Positions 47,458 to 57,337 of a DNA stretch of 64,000 bases are shown here, one piece after another. The DNA is from Bacillota bacterium. Its GTDB lineage: Bacteria > Bacillota_I > Bacilli_A > RF39 > UBA660. Positions within the stretch are counted from its first letter, which is position 1. Every line of letters begins with the position of its first letter. Made by a program: the position numbers and the translations under genes. The notes beneath the pieces were generated by a model. That model did no database searches, was not told the origin of the DNA, and saw only the letters and a program-made list of their open reading frames with translations. The stretch spans positions 27,211-91,210 of the forward strand of contig SVAN01000003.1 in the NCBI GenBank assembly GCA_015059375.1, in the 5' to 3' direction.

Positions 47458-47487
47458 AACTAATGCCGTTTCGGTATTAGTTTTTTT
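47458..47487 (+). terminator. Rho-independent terminator
   Basis: 11-bp stem aactaatgccg / cggtattagtt (one G-U pair), 3-nt loop, T7 run. Confidence 0.6.
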
Positions 47488-47547
47488 GTTTATAGATTTT
47501 TGTAGCCATATAAAGAAAGTTTTGATATACTAATTTTGGTGATTTAC

Positions 47548-48822
47548 ATGTTTGTAGATGAAGTAAAAATTAAGGTTATAGCTGGAGATGGAGGTATGGG
47601 ATGCACTTCGTTTCGGCGTGAAAAATTTGTGCCAATGGGAGGCCCTGACGGTGGTAATGGTGGTCGCGGCGGTAACATTATTTTCGCGGCTGACAAATCC
47701 TTGAAAACTTTAATTGATTTAAGATATAAAAAGATTATCAAAGGAAACAAAGGGAATAATGGAGAAGGTTCAAATCGTAATGGTAAAAATAGTGAAGATA
47801 TCATTATTAAAGTACCACTTGGAACAACCGTTTATGATGCTGATACCAATCTTATTATTAAAGATATTATTCATGAAGATGATGAAGTAATTGTGGCTCA
47901 TGGTGGCCGTGGTGGTCGCGGAAATCGTGCTTTTGCAACTCATGAAAACCCGGCACCAAAGTTTTCTGAAAAGGGTGAAGCAGGAGAAATTCGTTTTTTA
48001 CGGTGTGAACTTAAAGTTTTAGCAGATGTTGGTATTGTTGGGATGCCAAGTGTAGGTAAAAGTACGTTATTATCTGTGATTAGTAGCGCTAAACCTAAAA
48101 TAGCAAGTTATCATTTTACTACGCTTTCACCCAATTTAGGTGTTGTTAAAATGCAAAATCACGATACCTATACGGTTGCAGATCTTCCTGGCTTAATTGA
48201 AGGAGCTAGTGAAGGCGTGGGGCTTGGCGATCAATTTTTACGCCATGCGTATCGTTGTAAAATTTTACTTCACATGATTGATATGTCCGCTGAAGAAGGC
48301 AGAAATCCAATTGAAGATTATAAAATCATTCGTAAAGAGTTAGAAAAATATTCTAAGAAGTTGGCTATCAAAAAAGAAATTGTCGTTGCAAGTAAGATGG
48401 ATAATCCTAATTTTTTAGAAAATTTTGAAAAATTTAAAAAAGCTTATCCAAATTTGGAAGTTTACGGAATAAGCTCTTATACTAACGAAGGAATTAATGA
48501 ACTTTTAGAACATATTAATGAATCTTTAAAAGAAAATATTAATAATGAATATTATGCTGAAGATGAAATTGAAGAAAGTGTATATATTAAGTTTAAAGAA
48601 GAAAAACCATATACAATTACTCGGGAAAATAACTTATGGGTTATTCAAGGTAAAGAAATTGAAAAACTATTTAATATGACAAAATTCGAAGAAGAAGAAG
48701 GCGCAATGCGTTTTGGGCGTAAACTTCGCGGGATGGGAGTCGAGGATGAGTTAGCAGCTTTAGGTGCTAAACCTGGAGATGAAGTTGTTATTAATGGTTA
48801 TTTATTCACTTACAAAGGTTAA
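47548..48822 (+). CDS. obg: GTPase Obg/CgtA
   Basis: Start moved to MFVDEVKI.V.AG.GG.G. Glycine-rich Obg fold, G1 GMPSVGKST, G3 DLPGLIEGA, and a C-terminal OCT domain. Confidence 0.95.
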   Translation: MFVDEVKIKVIAGDGGMGCTSFRREKFVPMGGPDGGNGGRGGNIIFAADKSLKTLIDLRYKKIIKGNKGNNGEGSNRNGKNSEDIIIKVPLGTTVYDADTNLIIKDIIHEDDEVIVAHGGRGGRGNRAFATHENPAPKFSEKGEAGEIRFLRCELKVLADVGIVGMPSVGKSTLLSVISSAKPKIASYHFTTLSPNLGVVKMQNHDTYTVADLPGLIEGASEGVGLGDQFLRHAYRCKILLHMIDMSAEEGRNPIEDYKIIRKELEKYSKKLAIKKEIVVASKMDNPNFLENFEKFKKAYPNLEVYGISSYTNEGINELLEHINESLKENINNEYYAEDEIEESVYIKFKEEKPYTITRENNLWVIQGKEIEKLFNMTKFEEEEGAMRFGRKLRGMGVEDELAALGAKPGDEVVINGYLFTYKG

Positions 48823-49131
48823 TTTATCGCCAATTTTAACTTTTTTACTAGTGTTACTAGGTAGTTCTAGAACACTAGTATTTTTTATTTTGTTGTTAAT
48901 TTTAATTATTTTATTTTTAGGAATATTAAGAGCTTTGAAAATTACTTCATTATTTTTATTAAAACCAATTATATCAATGTTTTCTTTCATGAAAAAAGTA
49001 TGAATACTATTAGTGTGCTTGAATAAAAGACCATAGTTAAAATCGGTCTTTCCCATTAATCCAAAGAAACGTTTAACTATTGAGTTAGCTTTTTTTATAA
49101 CTATTTTTTGGTCGTCAATTAATATATACAT
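48802..49131 (-). CDS. DUF192 domain protein
   Basis: 109 aa. A.....R..GLMG+......GLLF....SIHTFFM...IDIIGF pattern. Convergent with obg and overlaps it by 21 nt. Confidence 0.65.
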   Translation of the reverse strand: MYILIDDQKIVIKKANSIVKRFFGLMGKTDFNYGLLFKHTNSIHTFFMKENIDIIGFNKNNEVIFKALNIPKNKIIKINNKIKNTSVLELPSNTSKKVKIGDKLTFVSE

Positions 49132-49305
49132 ATATTATCTCCTTATATCAAAATTATATCAGCCTTAAGTTAATAATATGATTGATAATTAGCTTCTTGA
49201 CACAAATTTTTCATGACATTATTTTAGCTAAATTATCTTTTTGAATATTGACTACTTTATTAAAATAATGTATCATTAAAGTAATGATAGTAAAGGAGGA
49301 TAAAA

Positions 49306-50301
49306 GTGAGAGAAATAAAGAAAGAAGCTGACGGAAGGGGTAATGTAATATTACTAACAGTTATTGCTATTGTAACAATGATTATTGTTGTAGTAGGTGC
49401 AACATTTGCTTATTTAGCAAGTTCAGTTCAAAGTGGTGATATTTCAAATATTAATGCAACGACTGAAGGAGGCAGTGATTTATTATTAATTAATGCTGGT
49501 GAAGATTTAAGTCTTGTTGCTAATCTTGATAATTTTAATGAAACTGCTGGTAATTTAACAGGCCAAGTTGATGCGAATGTTTTACTTCAAACAAATAATA
49601 AGAATGAAGTTACATATGATTATAGAGTTTATTTAACAGTTCCTAATAATGACTTTGAGTATACTTCAGGAATGTGTTACGTTAAACCTGCAACGGATGC
49701 CATTGTTGTTGATAATCAAGAAGATTGTCTAGCAGATTCTTCAAGTAATGTTTGGGCTACAGTTGATGGAACGGGATTTGCATGCTATGCATCTCCAACA
49801 CAAGTTGTTAATGCGTTCTATACTAATGAAATAACTTGCTTATCAAACCCTAATTATATGTGGTCGCAAAGTAATATTGCAGAATTAGTTTTAGACTTAT
49901 ATCAATCAACTGGTGAATCTGTAGAAAAAGCTACATGTGAAGCTCAAGGCGTTTGTGTTAGCAATACCCGTACAATTGTTGGTGGTGTTACTACAAGCGC
50001 TGATTGTAAAAGCAATAATCCTAATAATACATGGCTTCCAAACATTTCTGAAAACGGATTATGTTATGGCGTAATTAAAACTGCTGATTTAACTACTCTA
50101 ACAACGACTGAAGGTACTAATTTAAGTTTAATTGATTCAGTATCAATCAAAGCAACAGATGGTCAAACTAAGCATTATTATAAAGGTATAGTTACATTAA
50201 TTAATTTTGGACATAACCAAATTGTTAATGGTAATAAAGCGTTTAATGGTTCATTAAATTTTGAACGTATTATTCCGAGCCAAAATAGTGTAGTAGATTA
50301 A
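49306..50301 (+). CDS. TasA/camelysin-like secreted protein with SipW-type signal peptide (Cys-rich insert)
   Basis: GTG start after AAGGAGGA. The N-terminus ...IIVVVGATFAYLASS resembles the GGT(F/W)A(Y/A)F(S/N)D SipW-cognate signal of TasA/CalY. The C-terminus NQIVNGNKAFNGSLNFE resembles the TasA C-terminal N.YQGN....F.FE. Confidence 0.55.
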   Translation: MREIKKEADGRGNVILLTVIAIVTMIIVVVGATFAYLASSVQSGDISNINATTEGGSDLLLINAGEDLSLVANLDNFNETAGNLTGQVDANVLLQTNNKNEVTYDYRVYLTVPNNDFEYTSGMCYVKPATDAIVVDNQEDCLADSSSNVWATVDGTGFACYASPTQVVNAFYTNEITCLSNPNYMWSQSNIAELVLDLYQSTGESVEKATCEAQGVCVSNTRTIVGGVTTSADCKSNNPNNTWLPNISENGLCYGVIKTADLTTLTTTEGTNLSLIDSVSIKATDGQTKHYYKGIVTLINFGHNQIVNGNKAFNGSLNFERIIPSQNSVVD

Positions 50302-50323
50302 TAGATTTTTGTTTTGATATATT

Positions 50324-50355
50324 AAAGATTGAAGATTTTCTTCAATCTTTTTTTG
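50324..50355 (+). terminator. Rho-independent terminator
   Basis: 12-bp perfect stem aaagattgaaga / tcttcaatcttt, 3-nt loop, T-run. Confidence 0.7.
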
Positions 50356-50849
50356 AGTAAAAAACTGACAAATAAAATGCGCGGCATTATAATTAATATG
50401 GGTGATAAAATGGCAATTGATATTTTGTGAATGTTCACCGGCTCTCACAAATTTAATAAAATATTGTATATTGAATAACATTGTTATTTTGGCATCATGC
50501 AAGGGGCACTCAGAGTGAGTTAGTCCTCTTATAAAAATCTTTGAAATAAGTTCAAAAAATAGTTGATTATGAATTTTACGGGGTAAATATTGATGAGATG
50601 TTTGAAGTCCATCATCGCTCTTTTAAGAAACTTGAAAAACAAGGCTCGTATATTAAAACAATTGCTAAATGTCCGGCTTATAATAGAACGAATATTATTC
50701 ATAAAATGTTTGCAAAAGAATTAAGTCGTAATCAAGAAATTAAAGAATTTATTATTAATAATTCGCGAAAGTAAAAAAAATGCTTGGCGTTTTAAAAAAC
50801 TATTTTAAATAGTTTTTTTTTATGTTAAAATGATACATAGTAGAGGAAA

Positions 50850-51218
50850 GTGATTAATGTGAATAATTTGACATTTTTAAAAGAAAAGGGTATTGATACT
50901 GATTTGGCTCTTTCCTATCTAGGAGATGAATCAATGTATAATGAAATTCTTTTAGAATTTAAAAATGGTTTTATTAACCAAATGGGTGATATAAGAAAAA
51001 AATATGAAGCTGGTGATATTGCAACATATGCTATTTTAGTTCATGCATTAAAAAGTAATTGTAAGACATTAGGAATTACTAGTTTAGCCAATCTTGCTTA
51101 TGATCATGAAATGAAGGGGAAAGCTAATGATCTTCAATATATTAATGAACACATTAGTGAACTTTTCTTAAAAGCCAATGAAATTTATCAAATTTTAGAA
51201 GAATATTTTACAAAGTAA
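50850..51218 (+). CDS. Histidine phosphotransfer (Hpt) domain protein
   Basis: 122 aa. Hpt motif VHALKSNCKTLG (HxxKG-type). The start is either GTG 50850 or GTG 50859. Confidence 0.7.
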   Translation: MINVNNLTFLKEKGIDTDLALSYLGDESMYNEILLEFKNGFINQMGDIRKKYEAGDIATYAILVHALKSNCKTLGITSLANLAYDHEMKGKANDLQYINEHISELFLKANEIYQILEEYFTK

Positions 51219-51233
51219 AGAGGGTAGACTAGA

Positions 51234-52802
51234 ATGGATAATAGTATAATAAATTTAATAAATAAAGCTGCAATAAAAATATTTGGAAGTACGACATTAA
51301 TCGATATTGCTAATGATCAAGTAATGATTTTTGATTGTAAAAATGCTGGAATCCAAGCTGAAAAAAACACTTATGAAGATTATTATGAAAAATTAAAAAA
51401 GATTATTCATCCAGACTATCTTAATAAATATTTCGAAGCTATTAGTTTGAACTTTTTGCAAAATAGCACGAGCGATTATGAGTGTATTAAATATTTGAAA
51501 TTATCTTCGAATCTGTCTTATGATTCATATATTGATATTATTAAGTTAATGGAAAATGATCAAGTCTTAGTTTTATCATTTAAATGCAATTTGACAAATG
51601 AAAAAGTGGAACCTAAAAACGATGATGTAAGTTTAATTACAGCCGATTTAGTATGGGATATTGAGTCAGTTATTGACCATATGAAAGCAGATGACTTTGA
51701 AACAAAAAACGCAGTTAAATACATTTCGGAATTATTAAATGATGTTAAGCAACATGGAGATGTATTAAAAAAATATCAAGAAAAGGTTACTGTGGAAGTA
51801 AATAAGACGTATGAGTCACTATTGATTGTTGATGATGATTCACTTACAAGAAATATTTTTAAAAAGATATTTGAAAAAGATTTTAATATTATTGAAGCTA
51901 AAAATGGTGCTGAGGCAGTTGATATCCTAGAAAATAAGTTTTTACAGAAGTCAGATGAAGAAAATATTGTGGGAATGTTCCTGGATTTAAAAATGCCAGT
52001 AATGGATGGTTTTGGCGTATTAGATTATTTAAAAGATAAAAGAATAATTAATCGGATCCCTGTTATTATTATTTCTGCGGATGATGCTAAAGAAACTAAA
52101 GAATCAGTTTATACTTATGATATTGCTGATATGATAGAAAAACCCTTTAACTATGAACTTATCAAAAAAAGAATTGGTAATATGATAAGAATGTATGCTA
52201 AAAGTAATGCTTTAAATGAACTTATCCGAGTTCAAGAGCGTGAGCTTAAAGAGATTTTGGCGCAGTACACTAAATCTTATTTCGAAGATTATCAATATAT
52301 TAATGAAGTGTCTAGTAAATATCTAAAAGGATTATTAGAAAAATATGCTAGTATAAGTGATTTAAACATAGATGTTTCGCAAATCATAGCAGCAGCAAGG
52401 TATTATGATATTGCTCTTAATTTTGTCCCAAGAAAATATTTAGAACGAATTAATAATTTAAATGCTGAAGAGAAAAAAGTTGTTTTAAATTATCCCAATC
52501 TAGGTGAAAAAATAATTAAGTATGTTACAGAATCGCAGAGTGATTCATTTGTAAAATATGCTGTAACGATAGCCAAAATGCATAACGAAAAATATGATGG
52601 AACTGGCTTTCCTTTAGGGGCAAAAGAAGAAGCTATTCCATACTATGTTTATTTAGTTAATATGGCTTTAGAGTGTGCTAATTTAGAAATAAAGAATACC
52701 CCTAAAGAAAACATTTATAATATTATAATTACGAAGAGTGGAACTAAATATCATCCGAGGACTATTGAAGCATTTAAATTATTGTTCGAGGAGTTAAGAT
52801 AA
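51234..52802 (+). CDS. Response regulator: PAS-like N-domain + REC + degenerate HD-GYP domain
   Basis: 522 aa. REC segment: LLIVDDD....., phospho-acceptor FLDLKMPVMDG, PVIIISA. C-terminal MHNEKYDGTGFPLG matches HHE.DGSGYP.G. The HD dyad position reads YYD (AARYYDIA), so the domain is probably degenerate. Confidence 0.7.
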   Translation: MDNSIINLINKAAIKIFGSTTLIDIANDQVMIFDCKNAGIQAEKNTYEDYYEKLKKIIHPDYLNKYFEAISLNFLQNSTSDYECIKYLKLSSNLSYDSYIDIIKLMENDQVLVLSFKCNLTNEKVEPKNDDVSLITADLVWDIESVIDHMKADDFETKNAVKYISELLNDVKQHGDVLKKYQEKVTVEVNKTYESLLIVDDDSLTRNIFKKIFEKDFNIIEAKNGAEAVDILENKFLQKSDEENIVGMFLDLKMPVMDGFGVLDYLKDKRIINRIPVIIISADDAKETKESVYTYDIADMIEKPFNYELIKKRIGNMIRMYAKSNALNELIRVQERELKEILAQYTKSYFEDYQYINEVSSKYLKGLLEKYASISDLNIDVSQIIAAARYYDIALNFVPRKYLERINNLNAEEKKVVLNYPNLGEKIIKYVTESQSDSFVKYAVTIAKMHNEKYDGTGFPLGAKEEAIPYYVYLVNMALECANLEIKNTPKENIYNIIITKSGTKYHPRTIEAFKLLFEELR

Positions 52803-52803
52803 G

Positions 52804-54669
52804 ATGATTAGATGTGTAGATATCCAGCTGTGTTCTGTTGTTTATATGCTTCTTTTGCTGGGAGTATTTATTTATAAAAAGAAAAGCCGTAATCTCGAAG
52901 GCGTTTTATATCAAGTTTTATTACTTTTAACAACAATTATTCTTCTTTTAGATATTACTGGAAATACAGCTACTCAATATCAAGATGAAATTCCTATAAT
53001 TTTAAATGTTATTGGTAAAGCTTATTTGATTTTTACAGTAATTTGGGGAATGTGGTTAATGCTTTATGTCGTTAATATGAATGCTGATAATGATAAGAAA
53101 ACGATGCGTGAGCTTTTTAAAGATTCAACACCATTAAAAATTAGTACTCTTATTACTTTAGTATTATCAGTTATTATCTGTTTGCTAGATTCTGTTTATA
53201 TTTATGAACCAGATATTGTAGCAAGTTATCAAAGTGGAGAAGCGTTATATTTTACTTATATTATTAACTTTGTTTATATGGGGATTATAGCAATTTACAT
53301 GATTAATAATCCTAAAAAAATTCCGTTTATTCAACGAATTCCTATTTTTATTTTTATTTTTCTAGCAACTGCAGCTATAGTATTGCAATGGATTTATCCA
53401 AGTGTTTTACTAGTTAGTTCTGTTATGGCGTTTGTGATGCTATTTATGTATTTTACAATGGAAAATCCCGATATTAGGATTATTAGTGAACTGGAAAAAG
53501 ATAAGGAAGTGGTTGAAGAAGCATCTAAAGCGAAAACTGATTTTTTATCGAATATGAGTCATGATATTAGAACGCCAATGAACGCTATTATTGGTTTTAG
53601 TGAATCGCTTTTAATGGAAGATTTAAATGAAAGACAGAAGGGGGAAGTCCAAAATATTTATGAAGCAGCGGCAACTTTATTAGAAATTATAAATAATATT
53701 CTTGATGTATCGAGAATCGAATCTGGTAAAGAAGAAAAGAATGAAAAAAAATACGAACTAAGAAAAATTGTTATGCAACTTACGAGTGTTATTACCGCCA
53801 AGATTGATCAAAGTAAAATTAAATTTAATATTCAAATTGATAAAGATGTACCTTCCCATTTAATTGGTGATGAATTAAAGCTTTACCAAATATTAATGAA
53901 TTTACTTTCTAATGCAGTTAAATATACGGAAGAAGGCAAGATCGATTTTATAATTACATCAGAAAATATTGGTGAACTTGCTAAAATAAAATTTGTTGTA
54001 ACTGATACAGGAATTGGAATTAAAGAAAGTGATTTTGATAAGCTTTTTGTTAAGTTTTCCAGAATTCATAATAAAGAAAATCATAAGTCAATTGAGGGAA
54101 CGGGACTAGGTTTAGTTATAACTAAAAAATTAGTGGAACTATTAGGTGGAACAATTACCTTTACCAGTGAATTTGGTAAGGGAACGAGTTTTACTGTAGT
54201 AATTCCCCAAAAGATTTATCAAGGTGTAGTGGAAAGTCAAGTAGTTAAGGCGGTAACGGGAAATGCCACAGTAGCTAATGTGCATTTCGATGGTTCTTTA
54301 TATGATATTTTAGTAGTTGATGATAATAGTTTGAATTTAAAAGTTGCTCAAAGAATACTAAGTGATTATAAGTTTCAAATTACACTTGCCAGTAGTGGAG
54401 AAGAAGCAATAAATAAACTGAAAAACGGGGAAAGATATGATTTAATTTTCTTAGATCATATGATGCCAGTAATGGATGGCGTGCAAACTTTACATCATAT
54501 TCGGGCTTTAGAGGGAGTAAAAATTCCTCCGATTGTAGCGCTTACTGCGAACGCTATGGTTGGAATGAAAGAAATGTATTTAAACGAAGGTTTTGATGGT
54601 TATATTTCTAAACCGATTAATCGCGAAGAACTTCAAGTACTTTTAAATAATATTTTTTGTAAAAAGTAA
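52804..54669 (+). CDS. Hybrid sensor histidine kinase (6-7 TM sensor, HisKA, HATPase_c, C-terminal REC)
   Basis: 621 aa. H-box FLSNMSHDIRTPMNAI, N-box LLSNAVKYT, G-boxes DTGIGI and GTGLGL. REC: ILVVDDN...FLDHMMPVMDG...ALTANA. Confidence 0.85.
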   Translation: MIRCVDIQLCSVVYMLLLLGVFIYKKKSRNLEGVLYQVLLLLTTIILLLDITGNTATQYQDEIPIILNVIGKAYLIFTVIWGMWLMLYVVNMNADNDKKTMRELFKDSTPLKISTLITLVLSVIICLLDSVYIYEPDIVASYQSGEALYFTYIINFVYMGIIAIYMINNPKKIPFIQRIPIFIFIFLATAAIVLQWIYPSVLLVSSVMAFVMLFMYFTMENPDIRIISELEKDKEVVEEASKAKTDFLSNMSHDIRTPMNAIIGFSESLLMEDLNERQKGEVQNIYEAAATLLEIINNILDVSRIESGKEEKNEKKYELRKIVMQLTSVITAKIDQSKIKFNIQIDKDVPSHLIGDELKLYQILMNLLSNAVKYTEEGKIDFIITSENIGELAKIKFVVTDTGIGIKESDFDKLFVKFSRIHNKENHKSIEGTGLGLVITKKLVELLGGTITFTSEFGKGTSFTVVIPQKIYQGVVESQVVKAVTGNATVANVHFDGSLYDILVVDDNSLNLKVAQRILSDYKFQITLASSGEEAINKLKNGERYDLIFLDHMMPVMDGVQTLHHIRALEGVKIPPIVALTANAMVGMKEMYLNEGFDGYISKPINREELQVLLNNIFCKK

Positions 54670-54704
54670 GATTTTAAAAAATATTAAAATTTTAATTAAT
54701 AATT

Positions 54705-54737
54705 AAGGAAATGAGATTGTCATTTCCTTATTATTTT
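54705..54737 (+). terminator. Rho-independent terminator after the kinase gene
   Basis: 10-bp perfect stem aaggaaatga / tcatttcctt followed by a T-rich tail. It lies inside the ORF-track N-terminal extension of the next gene. Confidence 0.6.
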
Positions 54738-54770
54738 GGTAAAATTTTATATAGAGTAGGAAGGTTACTT

Positions 54771-57254
54771 ATGAAAGATAAAAATCGTTTATATTTAATT
54801 ATCGGGATTGTTGTTGCCGTTTTGTTTTTAGCAGGAACATTTACTTATGCATATATTAATCGAGCTAACTCAAGTGGTAATACAAATTTATTATCAGAAA
54901 TTATTGATTCTAATAGCACTATTAGTTATACAGGTGAAACAACAGGGAATATGAGCATTACTGTTGATTTAAATAAACTTCAAAGTGATACGGCAAGTAA
55001 TGATTATGCTAGTTTTATAGAAGGCAATGAAGCATCGGCCTCGATGACTTTGGCATATGAGCCAACTTTCTTTAAATATGGTTTAACTTGTGACTATAAA
55101 ATTAGTTATGTTCCATCAAAAACATATGTGCCTACATCAGCGTCTTTAAATGCGGGGTTAAAAGAATTTGTTTTAATCGGTACAAATGGCAGTGATTCTT
55201 TTGAGGCAGATTTAGGTAATGTATCTTCAGAAACTATTGTATATGAATCAAAATTAAGTCCTAAAGTGATAAATAATCCGTATGAAGAAACATGGCGATT
55301 TTCTCTGCGATTTTATAATTTAGATGTTAATCAAGAGGATGTTGCTGGTAAAGAAATGGCTGGGAGCGTAAAAATTATACCTGGCAATTGTCGCGGTAGC
55401 AATGAGATATCCAATATAGTGCTTGCTCAAGCTGATGGGAATGACAAAGCGTCAAGTCAAGATGATGGCGGGATATACCGTGTAGTAAATCAAAATGGTT
55501 ATCGTTATCAAGGAAAAAATCCTAATAATTATGTGGAATTTAACAATGGTGAATTATGGCGAATCATTGGTGCGTTTGAAGGAAGTACAATCGGCCTTGA
55601 AGAGGGTGAATATTACACCAAAATTATTAAAGACGAGTCAATTGGTGATTACTATTGGGATGAAAATGATGAAAATAATTGGGTAAATGCCAGTTTAAAT
55701 AATTATTTAAACGGTACCTATTTAAGAGAATTGGATTCGTTTTCAAAAGGCATGATAACCTCAGCAACGTGGTATTTGGGCGGCGTTCCAGCAGACTCAT
55801 ATGAAATATATAATACATTACAATTTTATGAGGCCGAAAGAGGATCAACTGGGGGAGGCGCTTCACCTACAACATTAAATTATAGAAATAGAATTGGCTT
55901 AATCTATCCAAGCGATTATGGATATGCGATGTATGATGGAAGCGCTAATACTACGTGTACGACTGATTCATTAGTTTACGATTATCATATTTCGAGGCTA
56001 AAGTGTGCAAATTACGATTGGTTATTTTATCAAGATTATTATTGGACAATAACGTCAGTTTCTGTTTCTGATCATTATGAGTTCCGGGTGAACGAAGCTG
56101 GCTACGTCATGTGGGAAAATGGTTTTAACTATGCGTATGGTGTGCGTCCTACAGTTTACTTAAAATCTAATATAAATGTAGAATCTGGCTTAGGTACTAA
56201 AGAAGAGCCTTACAAGCTTGAATTAATTATACTAGATGATTTCACCTTAGCTGTTACAACAGATTGGGAAAGCGAAGGATTATCATTAGAAAAAGGCTAT
56301 AAAGAGGAATTATTGTGTAACGATAATAGTGTAAACTATAATTTTAAATATAGAAGTATTGATATACCTATGGGGGCTGGAAAAATAATTTGTGAGTTAA
56401 TTTATGCAAAAGATACTGCAGAATATCCTAATCTAAGAGAAGAAGTACAAAGACTAAATTCCACTGATAACGATGGATATCGTTATCAAGGAAAGCAGCC
56501 AAATAACTGGGTATGGTTTAATGATGAACTATGGCGAATAATTGGAAGTGTACCTGTATGTACAAACGCCACGATAGCAAGTGGGGCAACAAGCGGAACT
56601 TGTAACAAAAGAACTAACTTAGTTAAAATAATTCGAAATGAATCAATAGGCGGACTAGCTTATCATAGTTCAGAGACCAACACTGTATGGGGAAGCGGAA
56701 ATACCTTATATACCCTTTTAAATGAAAAATATCATGGAAAACAAAATGCCACAGGAGCAAGCCCATGTTATGGATATAGTACATATTTGGGAACATGTGA
56801 TTACCGGATAAACGGGATATCAAAAAATAAAAATGATTATTATAATAAAATGATTGAAAGCGTACATATGAATGTCGGAACAGTAAGGAGTACATCAACA
56901 TATATAGATGTAGCATATGATTTAGAAACAAACTTAGTTACTAAACAAACAGCAATAGGACTTATGAACGTAAGCGATTATGGATATGCCGCATCGGGAA
57001 TAACATATAGTAGTACAGATTTATCAAGTTTAAGTAGTTCAGTTGCTAATAACTGGTTATATGGAAATGGAAATGAATGGACAATGACGCCAAGAAGTTC
57101 TGATCGCGTTATGCGCGTGGGCAATCACGGCAATCTTGGCAGCTATATTGCAAACTACGGCCGCGCAGTCAGGCCAATCTTGTATCTAGACTCTGGTGTA
57201 TATATTCGGGGAGGAAATGGAACGATAACTAATCCATATATCCTAGGGCTGTAA
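54771..57254 (+). CDS. Large surface protein: SipW-type signal/TasA-like N-domain + two copies of the VRP...G.GT...PY.L module
   Basis: Start moved to MKDKNRLYLIIGIVVAVLFLAGTFTYAYI. Module 1 ends YGVRPTVYLKSNINVESGLGTKEEPYKLEL. Module 2 ends GRAVRPILYLDSGVYIRGGNGTITNPYILGL. Confidence 0.75.
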   Translation: MKDKNRLYLIIGIVVAVLFLAGTFTYAYINRANSSGNTNLLSEIIDSNSTISYTGETTGNMSITVDLNKLQSDTASNDYASFIEGNEASASMTLAYEPTFFKYGLTCDYKISYVPSKTYVPTSASLNAGLKEFVLIGTNGSDSFEADLGNVSSETIVYESKLSPKVINNPYEETWRFSLRFYNLDVNQEDVAGKEMAGSVKIIPGNCRGSNEISNIVLAQADGNDKASSQDDGGIYRVVNQNGYRYQGKNPNNYVEFNNGELWRIIGAFEGSTIGLEEGEYYTKIIKDESIGDYYWDENDENNWVNASLNNYLNGTYLRELDSFSKGMITSATWYLGGVPADSYEIYNTLQFYEAERGSTGGGASPTTLNYRNRIGLIYPSDYGYAMYDGSANTTCTTDSLVYDYHISRLKCANYDWLFYQDYYWTITSVSVSDHYEFRVNEAGYVMWENGFNYAYGVRPTVYLKSNINVESGLGTKEEPYKLELIILDDFTLAVTTDWESEGLSLEKGYKEELLCNDNSVNYNFKYRSIDIPMGAGKIICELIYAKDTAEYPNLREEVQRLNSTDNDGYRYQGKQPNNWVWFNDELWRIIGSVPVCTNATIASGATSGTCNKRTNLVKIIRNESIGGLAYHSSETNTVWGSGNTLYTLLNEKYHGKQNATGASPCYGYSTYLGTCDYRINGISKNKNDYYNKMIESVHMNVGTVRSTSTYIDVAYDLETNLVTKQTAIGLMNVSDYGYAASGITYSSTDLSSLSSSVANNWLYGNGNEWTMTPRSSDRVMRVGNHGNLGSYIANYGRAVRPILYLDSGVYIRGGNGTITNPYILGL

Positions 57255-57292
57255 AATAAAAAGTGCCGCTGGTGCGTTTTTGTACCCGGCAC
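56433..57292 (+). repeat. Direct repeat copy A (about 860 bp, period 1262 bp) covering the C-terminal module, stop codon and terminator hairpin
   Basis: Hand alignment with 57695-58554. Identity is about 95% over the first ~650 bp and about 98% over the last ~125 bp. A 76-nt patch (57094-57169) carries 21 mismatches. Confidence 0.85.
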
Positions 57293-57337
57293 GGCCGAAA
57301 ATGATAGAAAAGAAAAAAAGAAGTTAAGGAGGTATAA

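Noticed and set aside
50254-50502. 82-aa minus-strand ORF.
   Set aside because: It runs through the terminator hairpin of the 49306 gene, has no RBS and shows no recognisable family. I treat it only as possible decayed sequence (see the finding at 50356-50800).
54711-54770. The ORF-track N-terminal extension of the 847-aa protein (MRLSFPYYFGKILYRVGRLL...).
   Set aside because: The extension is encoded by the terminator hairpin of the upstream kinase gene. The Met at 54771 begins a proper signal/anchor sequence.
57263-57292. The GC-rich hairpin downstream of both hypervariable patches, considered as a DGR target-recognition (IMH-associated) hairpin.
   Set aside because: It lies about 95 nt past the variable patch. 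It has a 6-nt loop and is flanked by A- and T-runs. In copy B it is positioned as a bidirectional terminator shared with def. The simplest reading is a terminator that was duplicated with the gene, so I do not count it as DGR evidence.
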